Assembly: GCA_051294905.1 (NCBI GenBank) | Contig: CM119371.1 | Span: 7,504,001-7,568,000, forward strand | Origin: Botryllus schlosseri | Taxonomy: Eukaryota | Length of the DNA: 64,000 bases | Reading direction: 5' to 3' | In this document: in pieces, positions 1-13,619 of the stretch | Position numbering within the stretch: the stretch's first letter is position 1 | Layout of the letters: each line of letters begins with the position of its first letter | Made by a program: the position numbers and the translations under genes | Notes under the pieces: generated by a model | Seen by the model: only the letters and a program-made list of their open reading frames with translations | Told to the model about the DNA's origin: nothing | Database searches by the model: none

Positions 1-115
1 GTGACTTGGACTCGACTCGGTGATTAATTGAAAATGACTCGACTTGACTCGAGTCAAAACCACAAAAGTAAGATTGACTCGTGACTCGGAACAGTGTGAC
101 TTGGTTACAACCCTG
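1..115. mobile_element. Right end of GACTCGAGTC-rich hAT-like MITE (cut by window edge)
   Basis: Clustered (T)GACTCG(AGTC) motifs ending in TTACAACCCTG, matching the termini of the complete copy at 6560-7125. Confidence 0.7.
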
Positions 116-210
116 GTAAATATTAGAATGTGCAACATAAATGGCATATTTTTCCAAGTCAAGAAAGAGAGTGTATTTTGGCCTTGGCAATAGTCAAGGT
201 TAACATATCT

Positions 211-611
211 TAGGGTCACCATACGTCCTCTTTTGAGAGGATTTGTCCTCTTTTTTGACTTTTTTGAAAGTGTCCTCGGAGGACACCCTTTCGTCCTCAT
301 TTTTGAGATTTTGTCCTATTTTTTGAAAATTTAGGTCATATTTAGAGCAAAATGCGAGTGATATGCCGTAAATTAGCACAGAAGTGACACTCCGGCTGGG
401 CGAAAAGTTGGGTTTTTTTTAGTCAACCACCTAGCAATGTGTAGAGAAAAACGGTATTTTGAGCTCCGAGCGGAAAGTTTACCTTTTTTTAGTCAACCGA
501 TCACAAAGTTGGAAAAAATCACCGATTTTTGAGAATTCCTCTCCGGATTTTCAAGTCTCAAATTTCTGAAAAAGTGTCCTCTTTTTAGATATCCAAAATA
601 TGGTAAGCCTA
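211..611. mobile_element. hAT (Blackjack-like) MITE
   Basis: Termini TAGGGTCACCATA / TATGGTAAGCCTA, internal GTCCTC motifs, 8-bp TSD ACATATCT/ACACATCT. An inverted relative lies at 40604-40932. Confidence 0.8.
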
Positions 612-859
612 ACACATCTACAATAAGCAGTTGTTGTTGTCCTTTTTATAGCTGACGCCCAATTTCCATTATGCAATATGCCATGACCCACCACTCGTCC
701 TCAGTCTTCTCTTAAGCGGCGGCAATACAACAGGTTCAGGCCTAGCAGTTCATATCAAGGCGGTTTGTTCTCGTGAGCAGGAGAATGGCAAATGTATGTA
801 TCGCAAGCACGGCTCGTTTCGAACTATACAGTTCTTCTTCAACGAAATCTGTCCAGTTG

Positions 860-1170
860 TCCAAGCCTGCCTGGACGGTATCTGCCATTTTGGGTCAATT
901 GTTTGATTTGGGAGTCCGACATGGATTGTTACTTAGGGCCTGCAGTGCGGTTCACCCGGTCACGAGGTGTTGACAAAGTGATGAGTTCTCGACAAATTTG
1001 AAATTTTGTTTGTGTCTGATTCCGTCGTTGTGACAACATGCGACCCAGGTAGAGGGTCTGGGGTTTGAATTTTACAAACTCTTTGTTTGATTGAGCCGCC
1101 AAATAATTACTCGCTTTGGAACGCCTCGCAGGACTGGGCTGGTTCACGTCTTCCTCGATCTGCAAAAATA
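860..1170 (-). pseudogene. Possible decayed terminal exon, copy 1 of 3 (others ~14870-15195 and ~38140-38470)
   Basis: Shared acceptor TTTTTGCAG followed by a frame reading IEEDVNxPSPxRRSKA..AAQSNxEFVKFKPQTxYLGRxLSxRRNQT, disrupted differently in each copy. Confidence 0.35.
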
Positions 1171-2692
1171 GAAGGGGGTCAGTCATTACTAACATTGGAA
1201 TCCCGGGAATTTATGGTATATTTCTGATAGCGAATCCGCGATCAACGAGATCTGACACTACTTCCACTTACAGTTTTTTTCCAGCAAAACTAGGCCTATA
1301 ATACCCTAATTTTTACTCAGGAATTTGTACTTGTACTTGAGTATAAATTTACGACGCTACTTATCCTTCCATTTGAGTACCAACAATGAATACTTTGTTC
1401 TTCTCCTGAAACAGCGATGTCGAATGACCTCCAACCCCAATCTTCACCCACATTTGTCACCCACCTTTTTACATCGGGATCGACTGACTTTTCCTGTAGG
1501 CATCCGAACCAATGGTGCGTCTCGTTGAAACTTTCTGGCAGATCACTCACAACTAGAGGGCCGACCTTTTATCAATTGGACGGTGTGCCGGAAATCCTTC
1601 TCGAGCAAGGGTGACACTGTAACAAAAGGGGGTCAGATTTTTGGGAAACCCGGAGCAGATTGTGACACTGGCTCGATTACAAATATAATTGTAAATAATG
1701 TTTTCCAAATTAGATTAGCATTAGAACGATAGCTACAGTTTCCCCAGATTAGATTACAGAGGTGGTCACTAATGAAGTTTACCTATACTTACAACATTTA
1801 CCAAAGTAGGGCCTAAATCAAATTTTCCGCCACTTTTACTTCTACTGTGTCATGTTTCGTGACTTACCAACTTTTTTCTATTTACAGTTTGTCAAGTAGA
1901 AGTGTAACATTCTTCCAATAAGAGAGATAGAGTGACCAAGATGAAGAAATTCAGGTGCTGCTTTTGTGGAGAGCCCAGATGTTTTCTCGTACTTTGCGCA
2001 AATATATGGGGTGACCAATATCGCAATATGGTTCTACTAAAGTCTTGGTCAATATAATTGATGTTGCAGTTTGTGTGGTTCATGTGAGGAGTTCCGGGTC
2101 GCCTAGTTGCCCATACGACAGTGTCATTACAGTAAATAGGCCAAAAGTTCATCAAAACATTTGGAATTATGCGACCTGCCATATTTCAGATTCCTTCCTA
2201 ATCGCGCGAAGCATCAATGTAGTGTCCGGGTAGAATTTATCGACATCGTTCATTGGCTTGTTAACTACAGGCATTGCAATACGATTGAGGGCACAATACC
2301 ATCACATTTTCCGAAAGGAGGCACTGGGGTGAAAAAACAAGGCAAGAGCCACTGTTTTTTGGCAATGCTGTCATTTGTAGGCTATCACATGATACGTTTC
2401 AATCCTCATGCTGTTAAAATATATCTCCTGGTATGTAGCGACACAAACCCAGCTCTCCGCACCATCCGCATATGTCAGTTTTGAGGGTGTATTTATGACT
2501 GATTTTCATAACTAAAGACATAATTACGTAGTTTTCTAAGGCAGCAAATTATACTTCTTCCTGAAGTAGGCTACTTCTGGGTTGCTTGAAACAGCACTAC
2601 TCCTCATACTTGGGTGGAATATGCATCGCTACTTCTCTTTGAGTAGCTGTCTTCACTACTTTGAGTACTGAGTACTGATGATGCATGCGGAC

Positions 2693-3279
2693 TAGGGTTG
2701 TTCAGAAATAACTTTTTTTTTTCGAATTTCAGGTATTTACTGATTATATTGTTTGGTTGCTTAAAAATGCTCCACACCAATTTGGCTTGATTCCAACCAG
2801 TAAAAAAGCCTACATAGAGTCTATTGCAATTTTGGAATTTACTATCGTTTTTTTTTCAAATTTTACTGCCAACATCATAAAATTGATAAGTTGCTTAAAA
2901 GAACAATGCATAACAATTTTTGCTCAATTCCAACCGGTAGAAGATAAGTTATTGCAATTAAAAGTTTCGGATTTGCTAAAATAGCATCGATGGCGGGTGA
3001 TCCCAGAATTATTGACGAAAAACTAATTCTACTGGTTGAAATTGCGTCAAATTTGTTTTGCAACGTTTTTGTAGACAACTAAACAATTTCATGAGGTTCA
3101 CAGCAGAAATCGAAAAAAAAAATTAAATTTTTCCAATAAATGATAAATTTCAATTGACTCTGCCTCGACTTCTACTGGTAGGAATTGAGACAAATTTGGT
3201 GTGCTGCGTTTTTTTACGCAAACTAACATTTTAATCAGCGAATCCTCGGGATACGGAAAAGTTATTGTGAACAACCCTA
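2693..3279. mobile_element. hAT (Ac-like) MITE
   Basis: 12-bp terminal inverted repeat (TIR) TAGGGTTGTTCA / TGAACAACCCTA. Flanks ATGCGGAC/ATGCACCC match only partly. Confidence 0.55.
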
Positions 3280-6200
3280 ATGCACCCAATCGCAGATAGT
3301 TATTTTTTAGTGACTATTTCGCGACAACTAAACGACTTTACCCCCCTCCGAATTTACTGGAAATCAGAGAGCCATATTTAGTGCATGAATTATTTGTCCG
3401 CTCAGAATGAGCTGGATATAGGAGTCTGTAGGGTGTAAATATATGATGCGCTGATGTTAAGGAAGACAACATGATAATAAGAAAATCCACGGGATTCCAC
3501 TTAGGGAAACAGTTCACTTTGCTTTATCCATTCCATCTTTACGACATTACAGAAACGTCACAGTGCTAGGTTTATACAATTTGGGAAGATTTGGTTGTTC
3601 ATTAAACTCTGACCTGTGCCCAATGTCACAGCAACGGTTCAGTCAAGTACCGGCATCTCATAAAAGAGTTTAACCACGATTGCCTCTAATAAACATAGAG
3701 GCATGCATGGATGCTTGCTTCTCAACGGGATTTCAAGAACATGCAGCACAGTTATTAGCCATACCTCAATTGTTTTACTAGCAGTCACGCGTGGTTCAAT
3801 CACTTCCTGTGAAACGGGTTAGTAGTTTTAGCGTGGGAGCAAATGGGAAACTGATAACCTCCGGATATGAGCTGGTAGTTGCGATGCGAATAGAATGTCG
3901 ATGTACTTACTAAATGTGGCTTGAAAATATAGCCGGATAAAACTCACCGTGAATGACAATTGGTAAATTGCTTGAAACACGCAACTTGCTTACTTCTGAT
4001 CGAAACAAAACCCTTGCCTGTGATGATAAAGAAAGGATACATCGGGTTAGAAACGATTCATTTGAACTTTACAGTCAACCAATGTGTTGAGGCTTTTGTT
4101 ACAGATAGAAATATGATCGTTACTAGTGGTTGAGTTGAGTTTATTGGTAATAATTTAATCATTTCAAAATTTTATAGCAGGGGTCTGCAATTATTTTCCT
4201 CCGCAGGCCAAATGAGAAGTAGAAAACACGTTGGCGGGCCAAGTGCGAAATTTTAGCTATATTCTCCAGCGTATTTTAATTTTATTTCTAGATTGCACTG
4301 TTAGAAAATGCTGCTCATCGAATGTGTTGGTAATGAGAAATTGACGGTTATTTAAAAAACATCTATTTGCCGTCATAATTGGCAACAATGTTCAACATGA
4401 TACATAATTAACTCTCATTAAACCCCTATCCACGTTCTGCTATTAAGACTCTAGAACAGTGTTTCTCAAGCTTTTTTTGGCATGCCTTCCTTTATGATAG
4501 CGAAAAATTTGTCGCCCGCCTTATCATGATATTACAAAATAACAAAAAGTGTAACCAGAATGGTAGCAATCCCAATGGATAGTTTGATGGCATGGAAGGT
4601 TCTGTAAATGCGTACTATCCGATATCCCCAAAACTAGTTATAAAAAAGAGGGTTTAAGACTTTAACTGAAAGCTAGGCAGTCAACACAATAACTCGTACT
4701 AGAGTCATAAAACCGTGACTCACACTCGACCCTTTGTTCGCTGACTTGGACTTGACTCGGTGGTGAATTGAAAATGACTCGACTTGACTCATTAAAGTGA
4801 GTTGGACTTGTGACTTGGTTACAACACTGCTTATACTTTGACTTGACAGTGTTTTCAGTAAAACTATGCATAGAATACTTTCTTTTTACTAGGGTTGGGC
4901 ATAATCGCTTGCCTGAGTGAATCGATTCTGAACCATTATTAGGCTTCGAGTTGAGTATTCAAGTATCACTCACTGTGACGGTGTAAGTGTACAAAAGGCG
5001 TAAAAGTTCAAATATTCATCTTTTACGCTGCGAGTAAAAATATAATGGCGATTTTACGTCACGTTAAAGATAAATTGGTTGAGAACGGCTTGACATGGAT
5101 ATTTAATTCCCACCAAAGTCCATAGCTCTGTACTGCATGTTTCGTATGCTGCGACACGACCAATCGAGTTTTCTGGAATGGGAAATGGTATCGAAATTGT
5201 AATTCTCGTTGATAAATAACCTGTTAGTGGTAAGGAGCGTATGTATGCAAGTCTATTTCAGTACCCAAAAAATCATCTTCCACCACTCGACTCGGATAAT
5301 TAGGGTTAATACTCGATTCAGAATCGAGTACTCAAATCATGTGCAATATGTGCTCTGCTATCCATTTTACCTATTTGAAAATTGATACTTGCATTTGTAC
5401 CTAAGTAGAAATTTACGACGTTACTTATCCTTTTGAGTAACATCTGCTCCTGAAACAGCGATGTCACAAAACAGCGATGGCGAATCACCCCCAACCCCAA
5501 CCTTCACCCTCATTCGTCACCCACCTTTTTACATCGGGACCAACCTGCTTTTCCTGCAGGCACCCGAACCAACGGTGGGACCTGGGGCACCTTCTGGCGG
5601 ATCACTCGCGCTGCTGGGCTGATCCTTGGTCAATTTGGTGCTGGGTCACAAGTCTATCCTGAATGCGGGGGACACTGGATTAAAAGGCGGTCAGTTTTCT
5701 TCGGCAACACAAAGCAAATTGTATCATAATTGCAACTACACAGTTTTTTTCTGAATTTTGATTAGAATTGCTTCTTGGAGGTACAGAACTGCAGTATACA
5801 ATTGAATAGCATATTCATATTGAAATGAGCCCGAGTATTTCCTGCTTCATTTCAATATGAATAAACTATGCAATTAGATTAGAATAAGACCTACACTTTT
5901 TTGAAATGAGATTAGAACTACAATTATATCTACAATTTTCCTCCAAATTAAATTAGAATTATTGAATTTGTGAAAAGTAGGGCATGGAATGAAGTTTAGT
6001 TCATCAGAGTTCGTTCTCATAACCATGAAAATGGCAAATGTCTGTAACTCGTTTCGCACTATACAGTTCTCCTGTCGCCTTTATAGGAATTAGATTGGAA
6101 TTAAAATGATAGCAAAGAAACATTTCACAAATCAGACTAGAATTAGATCACCGACATTTTGCTTTATTTATTCTAGAGGTGATCACTAACGCGGTCCCGC

Positions 6201-6441
6201 AAAACGTTTGTAATTCTACGATCTGCCATATTTCCAGTTTCCTTCCTAAGCGTGCAAAACGTCAATGTAGTGTTCGGACACAACCTATCCGCGTAGCACA
6301 TCCTGTTATTAACTACAGGCATTGTAATATGAGATAGGGCGTCATAGCGCCACATTTTCTGAAGGGAGCAGTTGTGTGAAAAAGAGGTCAAGAATCTCTG
6401 TTCTATAGCAATGGTGTCCTTTGCAGGCTATTACATGATAT

Positions 6442-7687
6442 CATAGGCGCTGAACTCTATTTTTCCGAAGGTATGCGGGATTAATGACGTCATAATATGT
6501 CAGAATTGACAAATGAGCTGACTCCCAAGAGCTCAATATCCCCTGTCGCTTGTATATGGCAGGGTTTTAATCAAGTCACAAGTCAATCCCACTTTTATAG
6601 TTTTGACTCGAGTCAAGTCGACTCATTTTCAATTCAACACCGAGTAAAGTCCGAGTCCAAGTCAGCAAACAGCAGGTCGAGTCTGAGTCATGGGTTTATG
6701 ACTCGAGTCCGAGTCCAAGTCATTGTGTTGACTGCTCAGTTTCCAGTTGAATTCTTGTTAATTCCACTTTTTATAACTATGTTTGGTGATATCGAATGAA
6801 ATATACTAATTTTCCTCACTTCTAGCAGTTTCTGGTCGCATTTGCAAGTACCAGTACCAATAGATCAAGTATGAATGTTGCGGTTACTTTACTATTCTTC
6901 GAAAGTATAATGAAATATCGGTCTTATCCGTCTGAGTCATGCGCAATGACTCGAGTCTAAGTCGAGTGAATACACAGATTGACCCGAGTCAAGTCGAGTC
7001 AATACACAGATTGACCCGAGTCAAGTCGAGTCATTTCAATATTTTGAGAAAATGACTCGAGTCAAGTCGAGTCATCAGAAAATTGCGACCCGAGTCGAGT
7101 CATGACTCGAGTCATTACAGCCCTGGTATATGGTGACAAAATTATGATACTGTTAAGCAGGCGCAGAATGCCAATTCTGTTCTGGACTCTGTTCAGTATG
7201 TGACACTGATTTCAGAGGAGTCGGAACTTTCGATATCCAGAGCCTGCAACCATTTTCTGATCGTTGTGTTTTAGTATTAGCGCAAATCAAAATAAATAAC
7301 GCCGCTTGATTCTGTTCACAGCCACAGCCAGTATGTTTTTTTTATCCATTGCGTCCACGTTCGATGTCTTGGGCAAGTTGTCGTCACAATCACAGCAGAC
7401 GCGACAGTTCCGGCCGGCGCGCCAGATATCACATTTGGACACAGCAGAAGATGACAATCCCTGCATTTCGCGCCTATACAAAGTGACATGTTTGGTATAG
7501 AGGTCTCGGTCTTGTTGCCTTGTGACACGTCTTCTAACGACTCACGTTCGATAAATGTATAGCTGCTGATTTGCTCACGTGAGCATTACAAAATACATTG
7601 CTGATTTCTAAACCGAACATTTTGTCAGCTAGTCAGGCAGTTACATGCGTAACAAAATTCTGGGTTTACCTGAGTTTAGCGCCGATA
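6442..7687. mobile_element. Short-TIR non-autonomous DNA transposon with CATAG terminus (P-like)
   Basis: CATAGGCGCTGAACTC ... GAGTTTAGCGCCGATA, TSD CATGATAT/CATGATAC. The paralogous empty site CATGATAC is at 2388-2395. Confidence 0.75.
6560..7125. mobile_element. GACTCGAGTC-rich hAT-like MITE nested in the CATAG element
   Basis: CAGGGTTTTAAT ... ATTACAGCCCTG, perfect 8-bp TSD GTATATGG. Empty paralogous site near 44304 (GTATATAGTGACAAAA). Confidence 0.85.
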
Positions 7688-7914
7688 CATGATACAGCCG
7701 AATCCTCATGCTCTTAAAATCCACATCTCCCGGGATGTGGAAAAACAAACCCAGGTGTCTGCACCTTCACCACATATGTCAGATTCCAGGCTTCGAGAGT
7801 GTTTAGCACTGACTTTCACAACCACTTACATAATTCAGCGGTTTTCGAAGAGAGCCAATTCTACTTATGGGTTGCTTGGAAAAGCATTACTTTTCATCAT
7901 ACTTGAGTGAAACC

Positions 7915-9609
7915 TGCTGAATCCGAATTTACTGGAAATCGGTGAGCAATATTTATTGCATGATTTCTCTGTAAGCTCAGAATGAGTCAATACTGGACGT
8001 AGGTATAGGTATGGTGTAAAAATCTGGTGTGCTGATGTTACGGGGATAAAATAGTGATATGAATGTCCATGGGTTTTCCTACTGAAATTTGCAACGTTGC
8101 GGACAGAATGTTTGCTATACACACTAATTGCCAATTCTAGATATCTCACAGTATTTCAAGGCAACTCACCATAAGTCGTCACGATCCCTCGAAATCTTGA
8201 TATCACGATCTTGTCTTTTGACAGGCGACAAAACCTGAAAGAAAATCTTATAACTACACAGCCGTTAAAAATAGACTTGGACTATTTACGTCTCAAATGC
8301 AACTTGAATATGTAAAAGTGAACATTTGATCCGCCAATCATCTTGAACTTTATAGAGCAGAGGTCCTTGAACGCCGGTTCGCCAAGTACATTTAGAACTT
8401 TATTTGTATCAATTCGACAACACAAGAAGGTAAACCCTTGTTCATTATTGGAGAAATGCACACCAAAGGTGAAGTTGATTTGAAAGTTTGTAATGCATTT
8501 TCTGCATGGTGTAATAATAGAGAGTTCATGGTCTACTTTGGGCATACATAACAATGGTGCAACTGCTGTACAAAACTGTTTGAAAGTAGCCTCCAATTTC
8601 TGACAAGTTACATATGAAAGCTACTGAGACTTTTAAACAAACTTCCTTGACTTCCGACAGTACAATTAATCACTTGTCAGTATAATAAAGACTGCACCAA
8701 ACAGCAATGTCGCATTTCTTTTAGAGGATACTGAACACTCACAATCAAGTTACTGGTATGTAACAGGTATTTGCGAGCTTCGACCACGGTCTCTAGTAAC
8801 GAATACAGAGGCGTGCATGAATGTCTGTTTCCAAATGAGATTTCAAGGAGAACACGAGACACGGGCAAGGATAGCTAATAGCCATATCTCATTTGTTATA
8901 GTAACAGGCACGTAAGGTTCATTCTGTTCCTACAAACTGGGGTAATAGCTTCAACGTAGCCTCAAATTGAAAACTGATATCATTATGTCAGTAATCAATT
9001 GTTAAATACTTGGGTAGGTTTGAATAGAATGTCTATTTACATCCTAATTGCGGATTGAAAATACGAAGCCAGATAAAACTTACCTTGAATGAAAATTGGT
9101 GAACTTGCTTGAAAGTTGCAACTTGTTTGACTCTGATTGAAAGAAAATTCCTGCCTGTGATGATAAAGAAACGATACTTCGCGATAGAAACGATTCAAAA
9201 TTCGAACTTTGCAGTCACCAAATGTGTTGAGACTTGTTGTTACAGATTGAAATAAGATCGTTCATCGGATCGCGGTTGAGTTGAGTATAAACACCCCACT
9301 ATAGCCTTGATGGCAAATAATCGAATCCGAAATCATTGATTTTGTAAAAAGATAAACTCAGAATTACGGTACTCACTTTTATCTCCCAGGTAGAATTTTC
9401 ATAAATTGATGCATTACAGATTCCAACTGATTGATAACGGTTGAGATTGTCATGCAAACTTCTTTTATCACCAAAGCCTTTTCCCATCGGACAACCAGAC
9501 CATTAAATGATACGTTATAAATTATGATCTTCTGATCGCAATTAACTGTAACAAAATGAAGAATGGTCATGAAAAGTAAACTCAATGAATGTATAATTGA
9601 ATTGTACAT
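7915..9609 (-). pseudogene. Best-preserved relic of an unidentified multi-exon gene
   Basis: AG/GT-bounded blocks 9154-9084 (71 nt) and 8234-8170 (65 nt), donor after 9377, acceptor near 8930. Hydrophobic signal-peptide-like start MYNSIIHSLSLLFMTILHFVTVNC. Stops and frameshifts present; homologous blocks recur elsewhere in the window. Confidence 0.5.
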
Positions 9610-9891
9610 GCACCACAGGCTGTTTAAGCCTGGCTACTGTACCAGCAAAAGTGGTAGTCTATATAACAAGTTGCCGATAGTCGCCTCATATAAACAGAAT
9701 CGAAATGGTTTATTTTGAGAATACATACAAATTTGGTATCCTGATCATGGATAACGAAAAGCGAACGACTTTTTTCAATCAAGGTGTCTCCAAATTCGTC
9801 AAAAACAATCAATAGAAAGATTTTATTATGCAGTAAAATATTGTTTATGCAAGATTCTCATAAAATAAGACGGGCATATGAACTTGTAACC

Positions 9892-10320
9892 CAGGGTTGT
9901 AATGACTCGAGTCAGGACTCGAATCGAGTCCGACTTGAGTCACCATATTTTGGTGACTCGACTTGACCATGGAGTCATTTTTTCAAATGCGCAAAATGAC
10001 TCGACTCGAGTCAATTTTTGTATTGACTCGACTTGTAGGCCTACTCGATTCATTGTGCACGACTCGAACCAAGTCATATGACTTGAAACTAGGACGGCCA
10101 AGACAGACATTTCATTGTAACTTCGAAGAATAGTAAAAGTCACCACATGATTGGTATTTCGTCTATTAGTTCTGATACTTGCGAAATGGGCTACAAACTG
10201 ATTGTACCGAGGAAAATTACAATAGTGTCATCATGAATGCGAACCATTCTATTTCACTCGAGCAGAGTTGAAAGAAGTGGGTTGGACTCAAAAAACTGAA
10301 CAGTAAACACAATGACTTTG
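9892..10320. mobile_element. Truncated GACTCGAGTC-rich MITE
   Basis: Starts CAGGGTTGTAATGACTCGAGTC and is absent at the paralogous site near 23338. Right terminus not found, so the end is approximate. Confidence 0.6.
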
Positions 10321-11286
10321 AAGAGTGAATAGCTCGAAGCATATATCGCATGCGGCTCAACTAGTATTGAGATAATTCTCGCTCATTTGAAATTTCCATG
10401 CATTGAGTCATTGTATGCTGTGGGTTATTTCATACCGAATTAGCGCAAGTGTGAAACTTGAACCGCCTGCAGTATGCAGTAGGTACGAACTCCTGATATT
10501 GGCCATATAACCATTGTGGCAACAGTTGTAGGCTACAAGTCGTCATAATCATTGACCATGTCTATATTGAATAGGCCTAAGGAACTAAATATATGATTGG
10601 ATGCATCGACTAAATCTACCGGCCAGATCATGCACTGTGGCACAATTAATGAAAGTATATTACCACAAAATTACTGGTTACTATTGCTATTACATTCATC
10701 AAATGATACGAATTTACCAAAAAGCAGTTTACACTTATCAAATTACTGCCGCATTGAAATAAAAATGCACAATTTTCAATGCAATTATGATGGATATGGC
10801 TTGATGAATTGAAAATATCAAATGTGAGAAACTTTATATTCATTCATGTCAAAGCTGCAGACTTGTACTAACTACTAATTGAGTGACTTCGACGGTCAAG
10901 ACTAGTTCTAATTACCGATTTTGAAAGCAAATAGTTGTAGTGTTGATATTAGTGTAAATACCAACAGCGGTACACTGGCACAGTAATTGGGTGGGTTGAA
11001 AACGGTACATTTCAAACTATTATTAAAATTCTTTTTAAACGCCGACTCTATCCCGGATATTTTCACTTATCAGGCTCATTTACAATTCAGTAATTCACAT
11101 TAGCAGTACTGCAGTTGCTTCAGAATTGAAACTACTAAGTTGTTTTTATTTGCCAGTTACGGATTTTTAAAGCATGTGAATTGTAATTCTAGTAGCCAGT
11201 TTTGAAAAGTGAGTGGTTCTAGTTCTAGGTTGAGTTGCATTTTGAAAATCCAGTAATTTGTACAAGTCTGCTCAGGTGAGTGTAAT

Positions 11287-12906
11287 CTATCTCTTCACAA
11301 ATATGGATGTGTAAATTTCAAAACATTGATCCACTTTTGGTGTCACTATTGTCCATTTATCTTGTGATATATCATACTTTTCGATTGTATGAGAGGTTTC
11401 GTAATCTGTTACTGCAAAAATCCACTTGTCAATGTGATACACAGAAACCCAACCGTGAGAAGCATTCATAGAAGATAATGAAGTCCACTGAGATGAAATA
11501 ACATCGTAACATTCTACGTTGTTGACTTTCATTCCTGGTGTCCACCCGCCGATCACAAATATCTTTTGATCAACTGCAACAACGCCACTCCCACGTACAC
11601 GATATCTCATTGGTTCGAGATCAACCCACTCTGATGAGGATGAAGTGAATCTGCAGAATGATGAAACTATGACATCATCTTGTCCTCTACCTCCGATACA
11701 ATAGATGGAATCATTCAACGATACGAGACTTCCATCATATATCGCTGTAGGTTTGTCTTTCAGTTGAAACCATTGATTCACAGGGGAAGTAAATATTTCC
11801 ACATCACTCGTTGCTTTACTATAACTTCCTCCAACAACGAATATCGATCCTGACAAAAAAACTGAGCGAGGATTACTTCCATGATCACAAATCATATCTT
11901 TCACCCTTTCCCATTTTGAATTTTTGCTCTGAAAATTGAGTCGATGAACTGATTTATTCCAACATAAGACGTAGATGTACGAGTCCAGACAAATCGGTGA
12001 AAACTGTGTTAAATTCCTAAACTTTTCCTCGTGAAACTTCTCTAGTTTCTCAGTTACTGGATTGAAGGATCTGATACAATCTGCCTGATTGTCAAAGAGA
12101 ATTATCAATTCATCTCTGCTGATTTCTTCGTTTGTTTTCTGTGATGCTTTTAACAGATGTCGAGTGATCAACTTGTACAGTCCGAAGTCGTTACTGATAA
12201 TTTGGTTTGATTCCAAAAGACGTTTTAAAAATGCCGAAGAGACTTTATCAAACTTGATCGCTTCAAGACATTCGTGCAAATGTTCCTGATTTTTCCGATT
12301 TTTCTCGACCCAATTGAACAATAACGTTAGTTTTTCTTCTTCGCATAATTTTGATTGTTCCAACTTCACAAAATTCTGGATGTAAGTTTTTTCAATATTT
12401 CCAAATTCGGGCTGGTTTGAAATTTCCATGATATTTTCATGGAAAAATGTTCTACATTGCGTAGAGATGACATCCAGTCCATACATATCGGCGACATTTC
12501 TTGCAGAGAAGTAATTCTTTACATTAAGTGTTTCCTCCAAAATGTCAGATACTGCCTGTTTCACGTCTTCCAACTGCATCATGATTGCAACATGAAGAAG
12601 ATCATTCATCTTTTCATCAGGAATCTCAAATTTGCCGGAATATATGAAATCGATGCAGTTTTTCACACACTGAGAATCAACCTCTTTCAAAACGACTTTT
12701 CCTTCTCGACTCTCTTTAGTGTCGTTTTTCAACATGGCTTTGAAATAAGCAGAACCAGCCGACAATACATTTTTGTGAGAGCAATAGACATCATCTCCTA
12801 CTTGAATTATGAAATCACAATGATCGTTCTCCTGCTTCATTCGATGTAATTCTTCCATCATCTTCACTGAATGTTTCTCTACATTTGGACACACAATCTG
12901 CACCAT
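11287..12906 (-). CDS. BTB-BACK-Kelch (kelch-like) protein, paralog 1, 539 aa, intronless CDS
   Basis: BTB (CDFIIQV..HKNVLSAGSAYFKAML..FIYSG), BACK (LFNWVEK..IKF) and kelch repeats (IFVVGG, IYCIGG, IFVIGG..VECYD..QW). Confidence 0.95.
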   Translation of the reverse strand: MVQIVCPNVEKHSVKMMEELHRMKQENDHCDFIIQVGDDVYCSHKNVLSAGSAYFKAMLKNDTKESREGKVVLKEVDSQCVKNCIDFIYSGKFEIPDEKMNDLLHVAIMMQLEDVKQAVSDILEETLNVKNYFSARNVADMYGLDVISTQCRTFFHENIMEISNQPEFGNIEKTYIQNFVKLEQSKLCEEEKLTLLFNWVEKNRKNQEHLHECLEAIKFDKVSSAFLKRLLESNQIISNDFGLYKLITRHLLKASQKTNEEISRDELIILFDNQADCIRSFNPVTEKLEKFHEEKFRNLTQFSPICLDSYIYVLCWNKSVHRLNFQSKNSKWERVKDMICDHGSNPRSVFLSGSIFVVGGSYSKATSDVEIFTSPVNQWFQLKDKPTAIYDGSLVSLNDSIYCIGGRGQDDVIVSSFCRFTSSSSEWVDLEPMRYRVRGSGVVAVDQKIFVIGGWTPGMKVNNVECYDVISSQWTSLSSMNASHGWVSVYHIDKWIFAVTDYETSHTIEKYDISQDKWTIVTPKVDQCFEIYTSIFVKR

Positions 12907-13619
12907 GATTGTTGATCAACTACAGTATATAACTATCCTACGATTATTATAATATAGTCAAGCACTGTTATTGAAGTGAAGATGATTACAACTCAAGTAG
13001 GCCTAATGCCTGTTGATTGTTGAAAGAATCCCAATACGTCTATCAACGTCACGAGTATGAATTGAAGCAAATTCAACTACACACAAGGTGATCATGATTC
13101 ATGATCACTGAACAGTCCTACAAAGATTGGTTTCAAAAGAGCAGCAACACGAAATATCACGCTGATTTCACTCCGTGTTTGGAAACGAAATCAGCGAAGC
13201 ATGTAGCTTGTCAGCGTCATCTAACGGATAATTAGTTATTGCATTTGCAGTGTAGCCGTTACCAATGATATATATTTATCATTGCGGTTACTGACGGGTA
13301 AACCTTTTTCTATGAGTAATAGCTATTCATTTTAATAATATTTTCAACATTTTGAAACACCGCAATACTGCGACTAGGTGATGTAGAGAAGAGGCATGCA
13401 CGCACATTGAATGAAAAGTACAGCACAGAATATAAAAGACAAGCTAGACAAGACAAGCTAATACAATCTTTGAAAATATACCCATCATCATCATCATTGG
13501 TTTATTAGCAATTTTATCCGTCGTATACACCACAAAAAATGCGATACAATGAAAAGAAAGGAAGATGTCGAAGCGACTTGGAGTTGTCTATGGGATCGGA
13601 CACCCACCTCAGCCTAGGC

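Noticed and set aside
6560..7125. GACTCGAGTC palindrome clusters as regulatory arrays
   Set aside because: They are subterminal repeats of a MITE with TIRs and an 8-bp TSD.
12089..12849. Plus-strand ORFs overlapping Kelch (and likewise LINE) coding regions
   Set aside because: Antisense shadows of real CDSs.
11287..12906. Poxvirus-type BTB-kelch genes in an endogenous virus
   Set aside because: No other viral genes, low gene density and host-type transposon-rich flanks.
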